A DNA stretch of 64,000 nt from Blepharisma stoltei ATCC 30299 (taxonomy: Eukaryota; Protista; Ciliophora): assembly GCA_965603825.1 (NCBI GenBank), contig CBFDEM010000053.1, forward strand, positions 806,001 to 870,000. The letters are read 5' to 3'. Positions within the stretch are counted from its first letter, which is position 1, and each line of letters opens with the position of its first letter. Below the pieces are notes generated by a model. That model saw only the letters and a list, made by a program, of their open reading frames with translations. It was not told where the DNA came from and did no database searches. The position numbers were made by a program, and so were the translations under genes. This document shows, one piece after another, positions 19,544 to 31,048 of this stretch.

Positions 19544-22500
19544 TTAACTTCTATTTATTATATCAAGCGCAGAAGCTTTTATAAGTTCATTGGCTCTTTT
19601 TTCAGTTCTTTTTTTAGTTTCTTCTTTGATTTCTGGAGCTTCAATAATCATATTTTGGATTTCACCTTCCTCTTCTTCTATTTCCATCTTATCGCTTTCT
19701 ATTTCAATCACATCTTGTGCAGCATTACAAGGAATTAGCACTCTTTCCACTTCCTCAAGCATATTACATTCCACACATCTGTCTTTTCTAAGTGAATCTA
19801 TAAATTTACCCCAAAATTCGTTTCTTTTTAAACAGTCAGCTTTCCCCACAATCCACAGCCCAAACTTCGCTCTTGTTATAGCCACATTCATTCTTCTATA
19901 ATCAGCCAAAAATCCTACAGAGTCTCCTGATCTGACTGATGAAAACAGAATTAAATCTTTTTCTCTTCCTTGAAACCCATCCACAGTATTAATTTCTATA
20001 TCTTTTCTCCACAACCCTTGATATTTTTTATAAAGAATTTCTCTTATAAGTTTTACCTGCCTTCTATAAGGCGTAACTATTCCAATATTTAGCCTTGACT
20101 GATGCCAATTTGAAAATTTCTCATATATTTGCACAATAAAGTCAGCTTCTGGTTTATTAAATAAGCTTGTTTCTTCTTGTGACTTAGACTCATTACTGGT
20201 TTTTAAATCAAAAAACATCACGTCAATATGAGGCATCCAATTAGGCCGCGGCCTTGTAAGCACTTCTGGGGCATTCTGAAGTCGAGATTCATAAAAAAAT
20301 TCTGAAGAAAACCAACAAATTTCTGGGGTCATTCTGTATTGGATTTCGAGCATAATTACTTCTGTGCCGCCTTCCATAAGTCTTTCAAATAGAGATCTGT
20401 TATATAGAACTTTCGGAGAATGCTTATTAAAGGTAGTGCTAGGCAGCTGTCTTGGGTCTCCAACTAAAACTACATGTTTAGCTCCATACTGCAAGGGAAT
20501 TAAAGTGCTTAATTCTACACTTTGGCAAGCCTCATCAATTAGCACACAAGTGAACTTGTTCTTAAGTCCTTGCATTTCTTTGCTCCCTGCAGTACTTAAA
20601 GTACAAAAAATGATGTCAGCTTTTTCTAATAAATCCATTTCATATTCTTTTTTTCTTTCTTTAAATTTTGCTTTAATACCTTTTTCTCTAAATAAATTAT
20701 TTTGGACTTCTCGCCTTTTTTCTTCAAGCTGCACTAAAACTGATTTATCACCTTTTGTTTTCGCTTTAACTAATGCTGCGTCTACTTTATTTAATTCATT
20801 TTTCCATTGGTCTATATTTACTTGTGGAGCAGTTAGTCCTTGCTTTTTGAATTTTTCTGATAGTAAATATTCCACAGTAATTTTTTTTACTTCTTTAGGA
20901 GTTTCTCTGGTATCGTTAGGATTTTTTTGTCTGAGCTCTAAATGCTGAAGATTTACGTGGCCAAGCCTAACGAATAATAAATCGTGTCTTTTTTTGCCAT
21001 CATCCCCAAATAGTCCTTGTTTTACAGTTCTGCAGGCAAGCTCATCAATTGCAGCATTACTAGGGGCGCAAACGAGAAGGCGAGGCCTTTCATTATTAGG
21101 AGCCCTTATGAGTAAGAATGATGACATTATGCCAAGTAAAGTATGAGTTTTTCCAGTCCCAGGAGGGCCTTGCAGAAGAGTGATTCCTGTATTCTGTGAG
21201 CACACTTTTTGTATTGCTTCACTTTGGGAGGAGTTGTAGCGATCCTCTATCATTTTTATATACCCATTTGTCAAATCTGGCGCAAATCATATCCCTTTCA
21301 TGCTCGGGTTCATAATAAATTCCCCAATATCCAAAAATTCAGCTAATTTTATCATTTTGAACTCCCTCATTAAAGAGGTGAGCGATTCTGCATAAATTAC
21401 GATAAAAATTTCAGGTCTTTCTAATTTTTGTGCAAAATCGTTTTTTACTTTTAGCAGCCAGCTGCAGCCTCTGTTTTCCCTTTCACATACTCCTAAGTAA
21501 TACTCTGGCACTTTTTCTGAATTTCATTCAGAAAACCTCGGTGGTATGTCAACTTTTGTAGAGCAAGGAATTATGATTACTAAATCGTCTTGTTTGATTG
21601 ATTTATAAAATGAGACATTTCCTGATTTCTCGTCTCCAGGGACAACAATTGCATATTCTTGTTGTAGGCTATGCAACCTTAGCTCTATAATAGATTGTGA
21701 AGACATATCATTCTGATTTAACGCACAAAAAATATCAGCCCTCAGCTCATCAAAAAACGCCGGCAAAAAAAATTCCCTGTAATATTTCCCATTTTTAAAT
21801 CCAATTGGTATTGCTTTTCTCGCTAAAGGTGGAGGATCTGGATTCGTCAAGTCTAAACTCAGCACAAAATTATAAAATTCACTTATAACTAGCCGATTGT
21901 GATATCTAGCAGTTCTAGCCTGAGCTTCTTGTTCTTCTGGGGTCATATTTTGCGATTTTTGAAGGTATTTCATCGCATTGTTAAAATCCTTCTCTTTTTG
22001 GCTCAGTCTTGCATTTTCAGCATCTTCAGCTTCTTTTGCTTGCTCTTGGATTTTTCTTTCAGTTTCCTCCTTTACGAAATCATTCACCTTAAACGCAACC
22101 TTTTTATCCTGTTTAGAAATTTTACGTGGTTCTGGCGCATCTGTTTTTTCTCGCTTTTTAGGGATTTCTGGGAGAGTTTTTTGGCTTTCAAGCTGCTTAT
22201 TTCACTGGAGCAATTTGTTGAGAGAAATGTCTTCGTCGTCTTTTTTGGCTTTTTGCAAAATATTAAAGTCAGGGAGAATTCGTTTAGCGGGCTCTGAAGC
22301 ATGAGATTTTACGGTAAGGACTAATTCTCGAGATTTTTGAGGAGGTTTTGCATTTAGTCATGGTTTTTTTGAGTCTGAGTCGTAAGAGTCATCAAGAGAA
22401 ATGCTTTCTTGGCCTTTGTATGTTTCTTTAAGTTTATCAGATATAATTTTATCTGAGCCCATAGCTTTTTTAACGATATCAGGCGCATTGTCTAGGTTGA

Positions 22501-22594
22501 GCACAGGGTCCTTTTTTAAATATGACTTTACCATATCAGGCCTTGGTTTTTTGCTCTTACTGAGATTTTCTGAGCTCCTTTTCATATTTTGCAT
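19544..22594 (-). CDS. Sen1/senataxin-like SF1 (Upf1-like) RNA/DNA helicase, about 1016 aa
   Basis: LLQGPPGTGKT, CAPSNAAIDE, IDEACQ, LVGDPRQLP, RSLFERL, QYRM, TVDGFQGREKD and RRMNVAITRAK. Four same-frame ORFs joined through TGA at 22358, near 22203, 21524 and 21287. Confidence 0.88.
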
Positions 22595-22699
22595 TTCACC
22601 AAGATACTTATTTATGGGGTCTTAGAATATTAAAACTTATTTGATTATTTTTGTTTGAATCCTGGCCCAATCTTTACTGATAAATAAATTAACATTCAA

Positions 22700-24100
22700 A
22701 TGGCAGATTTTACAATTTTGGGGCTAATTATAACACAGCTGCTTTCTTTATCAATTTATTCTCTATTAGCACCGTTTTATCCATCAGAGGCAAGGCACAA
22801 AGGAATACATGGAGGTATGATTGGCCTAGTTTTTAGCTGTTACCCAATTGCAGCTTCAATTTCATCACCTTTAATAGGGAAATATTTAGGGTACTTAGGA
22901 CGTAAAAGAATGCTTTTTGTGGGCTGCTGCTGCAATACATTGGCTATGATAGGCTTTGGCTGCATTCCATATATGAATAAGCACGGATTTTTAAGTATTA
23001 GCATATTATCTAGACTATTACAAGGTTTTGGTGCTGGATGTATAGGAACTTCTTCATTTGCTATTGTAGCTGCAAGGTACCCAGATAAGATGGAAACAAT
23101 GATGGGCTTTATGCAAACTGCAAGCGCTGTAGGATTTATGTTAGGCCCTTTGTTTGGGTCTGTATTATATTCGATAGATGGTTTTAGTTTTTTATTTTTT
23201 ACTTATGGATTGATATTTCTATTCTTTTTACCTTTTTTCTGTGTAATGATACAAAAGGATGAAAAATATTTCAAGCCTGACAATAATATTAAAGCCATGG
23301 ACTTTATAAAAGTATATCCTGCAGTTTTAGACTTGATTTTGGTAGTTTTAGCAGCAGCCTGTCTAAGCTTTCTAAACCCAACTCTTGCAGACCATTTAGA
23401 GACTTATAATATTCACATTGTTGTAGCTGGGATAATTTTTACTTTGCCGACTCTGAGCTACATTGTTGTAGTTATTGCAATTAAATATATTCATATTGAG
23501 AGAAAAGCTATTATGGCTTTAGGATTATTTACAATTGGACTTGCATGTATAGAAATCGGGCCTTGGAAATATTCAGGACTTCCGCATAATTTAGGGATTG
23601 TGATTGTAGCTTCAATTACTTTTGGGATTGGATACGCATCTTCCATTATTCCATCCCTTCCAGATATGATTGATAGTTCTCAGACCTTGCTATCTCAGTA
23701 TGAGCATCAACAAGTCTCTGATTTTATTTTTTATTTAATAAGCTTTGTTGGAGTCGAATAGCACATTTTCGTATTTTTGGTAAAAAATATAAAAAGCTTA
23801 GGAAATTCGTGAGTTTAATTTTAAAGGAAAAAGGCTATATCTGGGATCCTTAATTTTGGGTTCTTTGCTGGAGAAATGATAGGGCCGCCACTTGCAGGGG
23901 TTTTAAGCGATAATATAGGCTTTGAGAATTCAGAAGCGGCAATATCGCTGGTGTTGTTTTTGTATATTGGAATTTTTGTATATTTTACGAAATCTTTCAA
24001 ATGCAAAGTATACGAAGAAAGTGTCAGCCCAATTATGAAAAATAAAGTAGATGTTCCATATGACACTGTAGCATTGGAAGATATTTCTGTAAATCCTTAA
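22700..24100 (+). CDS. MFS transporter (SLC18B1/MFSD-like), interrupted by a 111-bp insertion
   Basis: LLAPFYPSEA, GRKR, SRLLQGFG and GFMLGPLFG. The last two TM segments (GEMIGPPLAG) resume in the same frame after an AT-rich, stop-containing insert at 23725-23835. Confidence 0.85.
23725..23837. mobile_element. Putative retained internal eliminated sequence (IES), 111 bp plus one TA copy
   Basis: Flanked by TAT direct repeats at 23725-27 and 23836-38. Both ends are T-rich reading inward. Excision leaving one repeat gives GAT TTT ATA TCT GGG (QVSDFISGILNFGFFAGEMIGPP) and removes the in-frame TAG. Confidence 0.7.
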
Positions 24101-24503
24101 AAATTATTTATATGAATTTGATTAATATATAATTTTATTCCATTATACAAATTCTTTTTCTCAGACTTAATATAACTAAGTCGAACACACCTTCTAGAAC
24201 TATTTTTTAAAAACTATGTGATTGATAATTTTTACTCTTTAATTGACTATTTGTGTGAAATTTGTTATTTTATAAAGATTTTTATAAAGCCAAAGATATA
24301 AAAAATATTGACAAAAAAATCAAAATTTTAGCAATCAATGATATTGCAATGAAATAAATCAACCTTAAGTACATAGTTAATAAATTAAGTAATCACAATG
24401 GAAAATAGGATCTGATATAAGAATTCATCCTAGTCTATAATCATTTAAGACTATCATATGCTTTCAATTCAATTATTCAAAATTAAATTACTTTTGCGAT
24501 AAA

Positions 24504-25826
24504 ATGATGGGTGATGAGATGCTTAAAAAAAGATTATTACTGATACCAATAGCTTTATTCTTGTTCTGCTTATTTTTGATGTTTTTTTCCTTTATAGACA
24601 CCGATTGAGCGAAAATTCAAGCAGGAGAAGATATTTATGAAATCGGCCTTTTTAGTTGTTCGAATTGCCAAAATCAATATAAAAGCTGAGATTGAAAATG
24701 CTTTTCTGATTTTGCTTGCATTTCCCCACAAAATTTAAGAAACTGTTTGGACTTTACAGCAGCTACAAAAGCTTCAAGAGTATATATATGCCTCGAATTT
24801 TTTGCTCTGATTTCAGGATTATTATTAATTGACAAACTCGTGATTGCTTATTATAATAAACACCATGTATCAATTAGCGTTTATTTGCTGAGCTCTCTAA
24901 TGAGTATATCACATTTAATCAGCTACTTAAGCTGGCTTTATCTTATAAATCAAGAGGTCATTTCCAGTAGATCAGTCGTTACGGAAAGTGGTCCAAGAGT
25001 ATACTCAAAAGAAGGATCCTCAAAATCAATGCTTGCCTGTGTTCTATCTTTTATTGCGATAATTATTTTACATTTGGTGATGAAATCTTATGAAGGAAAA
25101 GACTTAATTATTTTCGATGACACAATTTCTCTTGACACCCTTATAAAAAGGTTCACAATGAGACGTTGAATGTTTAGATGTGGCTTATTATTTACATCAG
25201 CTTTTTCCTTAATTTCTTTTATCCTTTATAACGGAAGATGGGTTCTTCGGTTCACCAGAAACTCTTATTGGCAAGGTGGTTTGTTAGCATGCCAAGACTG
25301 CAATGAAGATATCAAAAATTTGCATTGAAATTGCTTACAGTCACTAAACTGTGCCAGCGATTTTACTAAAGGAAGCTGCGAGTTATATTCAGACCTTGCA
25401 CTAGCTTCAAAAGGTTTTATTATATTTGAAGCAATTGCTTTTATTTTTTTTATTTTCTTTTTACAAGCTTACATTAAGATTCTGGCAGGGAAACACTATG
25501 GTTTTCCTATCATGAACTATTTGTACGCTATCGGCGTCTCATTTTTTAATTTTTTAGCAACAATTGCTTGGTTTTATTTAAGCAGGGCAAGTCTTACTTT
25601 AGATTGTCAAAGGGAGCCTCTTGAAAATGAGCGTCCGCCAGCGTGTTCGACAGTAGGACCATTTGGTTTGATGTTTTCAAACGTCTTTTTGATTCCGATG
25701 TCATTTATGTTTTGTTATGCGTATTATCACAGAGAAATTAGAATAGATTTAATTGCGCATCAAAATAAGGATCTGGATTCAGAACAAAGTGAAGTGAGTT
25801 TTGACCAGTCTAATTTAGAAAATTAA
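24504..25826 (+). CDS. Multi-pass membrane protein with two tandem claudin/PMP22-like modules (440 aa)
   Basis: One frame through several TGA codons. Two repeats of TM-W...G(L)(F/L)xCxxC...WxC...C...C followed by three TM segments. Confidence 0.7.
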
Positions 25827-25919
25827 TTTATTATGAATAGGGCGACTTAGAATGAGCTTTTTTAAGGTTTTATTTGAATTTTTTAATTATTTAGGAATCT
25901 TGTGATTATTGTTAGAATC

Positions 25920-28562
25920 CTAGTCAATCTTAGAGTTAAAAATTGACGTACTTACACCCCAAGATGACCATAGCAGCTTATGTTTATTTTTTTCAGAAAT
26001 TCCTTCATTTTCTTTACTTTTTTCCTCTTGACTATTGTCATCATTCCATATTTTAATCGTCTGATCTCGACTTGCTGACAATATAAATCTTCCACACGGC
26101 GAATAGCATATAGAACTTACTGCATCTTTATGCCCAACAAGCTGATTTAAAATTGTTTGACTTTCTATATCCCATACAATAATGCTTTGATCTCAACTCC
26201 CAGACACAAAATACTTTCCGCATGGCGAAAACGCAAGAGCTGAAATATTTCCTGTATGCCCTTGGAAATGCTTTATTGCTTTTCCAGTCTCTAGAGAATA
26301 AATTTCAATAATTTTTTCGTTTCCGCCAGAAGCTAAAAATTTGTCACAAGGTGAAAATGCGGTCACTAAAATAGAGGCCTTGGATGTATATAGTTTTTTT
26401 ACCCTTTTTAGAGTTTTTGATGACAATATAGCAATATAATCTGCATTTAAAGCTATAGCTAAATATTTTCTTGTGCTTGAAGTAGAAATTGAAATAATAG
26501 CTTCAGTGGAGTTTTCTGAGGAGAACTGAATTTTGGAGTCTGAGAAAAAATCTTTATGATAAACAAATGATCAATCCCTCGTTAAACAAGAAATCACATG
26601 CTTTCCACTAGGAGAAAATGCGGCAAAAATAACACCTAATCTTTCTTGATGCGATTTTATAAGCTGGCCAGATTTTAAGTCTCATAGCTTCACAGCGCTA
26701 TCGAGCCCTCCTGAAACTAAATAGTTATTGCAACGAGATATGGCAATATTATTCACAGAACAGGTATGGCTTTTTAATTTCTTTATAATTTTAAATGTTT
26801 TTGCACATCATACAAAAATTGCCCCGCTGCTGTCACAGGTAATAAAAAAATTCCCACATAGTGATCAAGCTACTGCATTAATAGAGCTTATGATTTCTTT
26901 ATCTCTTGGCTGAAACGAATGCAAACTTCAGATTTTTATTGTTTTGTCCCAGCTTCCAGAAGCAAGAAATTTCCCACATGGAGAAAACGCTATGCTGCTA
27001 ACTATTTCACTATGATTTTGTAATAAATGAGTTTTGAGTTTTGAATCAAGATCATAAACATATATCCCACTTAAGCTGCAACAAGCCATTTTATTTTCGC
27101 ATGAAAGAGCTACTGCGTTTACTATATTTGGATAATCTCCAAATGATGTTGCTTCGGATTCTTCCAAAAGATTCCAAATTTTGACACCTTTATCTCCACA
27201 AGTCGCAATAAACTTTTTATGTGTTATATAGGATAATGATCGAACTCCATATAAATTTGAAAATTTTTTGATTTTTGTAAGATTTTCTAATTCCCAAGTG
27301 CAGACTCAGCTATTTTCATTCCCAGCAATCAGATATCTACCACAATTGGTAAATAAAAGTTTCTTAATCACATCTTCATTGCAAATTTTTATAGTTTTAG
27401 TCTTCTTAATGCTAATATTTAATATTTTTATATCTCTCCTCTCATGCCCATATGCTAAATAGTTTCCACATGGTGAAAAAGCGACTGCACCAATTATTAT
27501 ATAGGGATTTGTCAATAATAAAAGCTCGTTACAAGTTTCAATGTCCCATAATCTTACTGTTCGGTCCGCTCCTGCAGATGCAAGAATATCTCCATTTGGC
27601 GAATAAGCTACACATTTAATAGTTTGCTGGTGGCCTCTAAATATTTTGAGTTCTTGTAAAGTTTTAAGGCACCAGAGCTTTATAGTAGTATCAGCGCTTG
27701 CAGATGCCAAATACTGCCCACAAGGAGAATAGCATATCGAGGTCACCCAATTTTTATGGCCTTTTATTGTAATTTCGCCAAAACTAGCAGAGCTTAATTT
27801 GCAATTTTTTAAATTTGAGCAATAAATATTTGAGTAAGAAAAATTTACATTGGTAAGGTCGCTGCCTTTGAAATTTGTATTAATTCAGTTTCCGCATGAT
27901 AAATCGGCGTCTGGTATTTTTATATTTTTTAAATTTTTATTGGTAAATGAAAATTCAGCTAAATTTAACAGTGAAATCGCATTGCTGGCTGCTATTGAAA
28001 TTTCTTCTGAGTCTTTGGAATAAATTATAAATTTGTAAAGTTTTTCTTTTAATTCGTCTGATAGAGAGCCTTTTATTGATGAAAAAGTTTGAATATTTTT
28101 GGAAAATTTTATTTTATTGAAAAATGATATTTTCAGAGAATTTGTATCAGATAAAAACGATATTTCTAATAAAATTTTTCCTGATAGTAGTTTATCTAAA
28201 TTTATTGAGCAATTTTTTCAGAATATTTTATAGGTAGTCATTTTTGTTTGATCTTTTAAGCTGAAACGCTTTGATAAGAGCTTAGATTGAGGTTCTAAAA
28301 TAAAAAATGCATTCTTCTTATCCTGAGTTTGATTTTCACGAGAATTATTATCAGAATGCAAGCCTCCTTCACAAGAGCTATAAATATTTTTATTTCTATC
28401 AAAAGTTTGATCAAGCGAACTAATTTCTGTCAGCAATTGTTGCCAAAACTCAATTTGGCGATCAATTCCCAACAAATTCAAATTCAAGCAATCAATTTCT
28501 TCAATTCCCCAATAATATCTTCCTATTGCATAATTAAAAATAATTCCCTTATTCGATCCCAT
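25920..28562 (-). CDS. Pentapeptide-repeat plus multi-WD40 protein (880 aa)
   Basis: Four same-frame ORFs joined through TGA, often at the W of WD motifs. AASNAISLLN...KIPDADLS...FKGSDLTNVNF precedes more than 10 GH..V..V.(Y/F)SPCG..LAS.S.D.TIKIW repeats. Confidence 0.87.
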
Positions 28563-28660
28563 TTTTATTGTTAGTTGCTTAACAATAAATAATTCAGCGA
28601 CACCTTCCACTTGATTATTAAAAAGAACATATCTTTAAATCCATATTACTGGAGAAATAA

Positions 28661-29746
28661 ATGAAGACTCTTTTATTAGCAGTTCTCATAGGAAGCGTCC
28701 TTTCCATGATGACAATCCCACTCCACCCTGTCCACGAAACTCCTGAAGAAAAAGCAAAATTTATTAAATCCCTTAAATATTTCCGAAGTGGAGCTGGCCC
28801 TACAGGAATTCCTTTAACTTTTAACTACGAATATTATGGCTTGGTACAAATTGGAACTCCTCCACAAAATTTCCAAGTTGTTTTTGATACAGGCTCTGGA
28901 AATTTGTGGGTGCCAAGCAGCAGCTGTTACTCAGTTTCTTGTACACTCCATAACACCTACAATCATTCCAAGTCGTCAACTTATGTGGCTGATGGAAAAA
29001 AAATTTACATTGGATATGCGGCTGCTTCTGTGGCAGGATTTTTATCTAAAGATACGGTCACTTGGGCTGGAATAAAGATTCCTAACATAACTTTTGGAGA
29101 AATGACTAGCTTTGGTGGGACTTATTGGACTACTAAAAGGTTTGATGGTGTGTTAGGAATGGGGTGGATTGCAGCAGAAAAAATACCTCCTGTTTATATG
29201 ACGATGTATAGTTTGGGGCTGATTAACGCATATAATTTTGCTATTTATTTAGTCCCTGGAACTGGCGTTGGGAGTGCAATTACCTTAGGCGGCTACAACA
29301 CAAGTTATTCAAAAAATGACTGGAATTACATCCCATTGCTGAATACCGAAAACTGGCAAATCCCAATCGATCAAATTACCATTGGTGGCCAAAAAGTTCC
29401 AATTAATGGTATGAAAGCATGGATTGACTCAGGAACTCCTCACCTTGTAGGGGATAACCCAATTATCGCGCAATTCAACAAAATGATGCCAACGGTCTTT
29501 GCAAACTGCTCAAATCTTGCCTCACTTCCTACTGTTGTCATAACGATGCATGGGGTTGATTATCCATTAAATTCATCAAATTACGTTTATACAGTAGTTA
29601 ATGATGGGATAACTACATGTGAAACAGGCTGGATTGGAAACTCAGGACTTGACAATTTTATTGTGCTGGGTGATTTATTTATCCAAGTTTATTATACTTT
29701 ATTTGATATGGGAAATAAGCAAATTGGGTTCGCAACAAGGATATAA
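28661..29746 (+). CDS. Pepsin/cathepsin D-like aspartic protease
   Basis: Signal peptide, IGTPPQNFQVVFDTGSGNLWVPS, FDGVLGMGW, IDSGT and VLGDLFIQVYYTLFD. Confidence 0.94.
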   Translation: MKTLLLAVLIGSVLSMMTIPLHPVHETPEEKAKFIKSLKYFRSGAGPTGIPLTFNYEYYGLVQIGTPPQNFQVVFDTGSGNLWVPSSSCYSVSCTLHNTYNHSKSSTYVADGKKIYIGYAAASVAGFLSKDTVTWAGIKIPNITFGEMTSFGGTYWTTKRFDGVLGMGWIAAEKIPPVYMTMYSLGLINAYNFAIYLVPGTGVGSAITLGGYNTSYSKNDWNYIPLLNTENWQIPIDQITIGGQKVPINGMKAWIDSGTPHLVGDNPIIAQFNKMMPTVFANCSNLASLPTVVITMHGVDYPLNSSNYVYTVVNDGITTCETGWIGNSGLDNFIVLGDLFIQVYYTLFDMGNKQIGFATRI

Positions 29747-29835
29747 CCATATTTAGCTAATTATATTAGGCTAATTTTGCTTAAGGATAATAAAAATTTA
29801 AGAAATTTCAAAATAAAATTATTTCACCTTATAAA

Positions 29836-30936
29836 ATGAAAGGATATTTAATTCTCCTTTATATTCAAATTGCTTTTGGAGCATTTACGATACCTCTCTA
29901 CCCGATCCATAAAACTCCAGAAGAAAAAGCTTCATTTTATAAGTCCCTCAAAACCTTCAAAGCTGGAGCAGGCCCTACCAATGTTCCATTAACCTATAAT
30001 TATGAGTATTACGGCTTAGTCCAAATTGGTACTCCTCCTCAGAACTTTCAGGTGGTTTTTGATACAGGCTCTTCCAATTTATGGGTTCCTAGCAGCAGCT
30101 GCTATTCAGTTTCCTGCTCCCTTCACCATACATATAACCATTCCAAATCATCAACTTACATCCCAAATGGCAAAAAAATTGGAATTGGCTACGAAGCCGG
30201 CTCTGTGACTGGATTTTTATCTAAAGATACAGTCACTTGGGGAGGAATTCAGATCCCGGGCATTACTTTTGCAGAAATGACGAGTTTTCCAGGGACTTAT
30301 TGGAGCTCAAAAGCATTTGATGGGATTATGGGGATGGCTTGGGTGGCTGAGTCTGAAGACAAAATTACCCCTGTTTATCAGTCTATGTATAGCTTAGGGC
30401 TTATCAATGCAGACAGTTTTGCTATGTATTTAGTCCCAGGAAATGGAATTGGAAGTGCTTTAACGTTAGGAGGCTACAATACAAGCTGCAGCAAAAATGA
30501 CTGAAATTGGATTCCATTACTTAATGAAGGGTTCTGGGAAATAAAAATTGACTCAATTACTGTGAATGGGAAAGCTATACAAGTGACTGGGATGAAAGCT
30601 GTCATTGACTCAGGGACGCCTCATCTTGTAGGGGATAGCACAATTGTTAACCAAATTAATGCAATAATTCCAACTGTGGCGTCTGATTGCTCTAATATTG
30701 GGAGTCTTCCAAATGTTGTAATTACTTTGAATGGTGTGAATTATACTTTAACAGGACAAGATTATGTGGTGCAGTTGAATTCAGAAGGATTGACGTCATG
30801 TGAAACTGGCTGGACTCCTGAAAATTTCCCATCTTCTCTTAGAAATGTTTTGATTTTGGGCGACTTATTTATGCATGTCTATTATACACAGTTTGATTAT
30901 GGAGGTTCACGAATTGGGTTTGCGACTGCAATCTAA
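29836..30936 (+). CDS. Pepsin/cathepsin D-like aspartic protease, tandem paralog
   Basis: FDTGSSNLWVPS and IDSGT. TGA at 30502 aligns with TGG (KNDWN) in the upstream paralog. Confidence 0.93.
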
Positions 30937-31048
30937 AAATAAAAATATAATTTTTATATCAGTGTTGTGGTAAAATAATAATAAATGAATTATATCAAAT
31001 TAACAATAAGGAACACAAACAGTGTCTTGCAATAATATTTTATTTTAA

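Noticed and set aside
23714-23833. 120-nt GT-AG intron as the explanation for the MFS interruption
   Set aside because: It preserves frame, but the donor (GTCTCT) differs from the GTAA of every other intron here, and the length is far from 15-16 nt. The TA-bounded IES model fits better, so this is kept only as an alternative.
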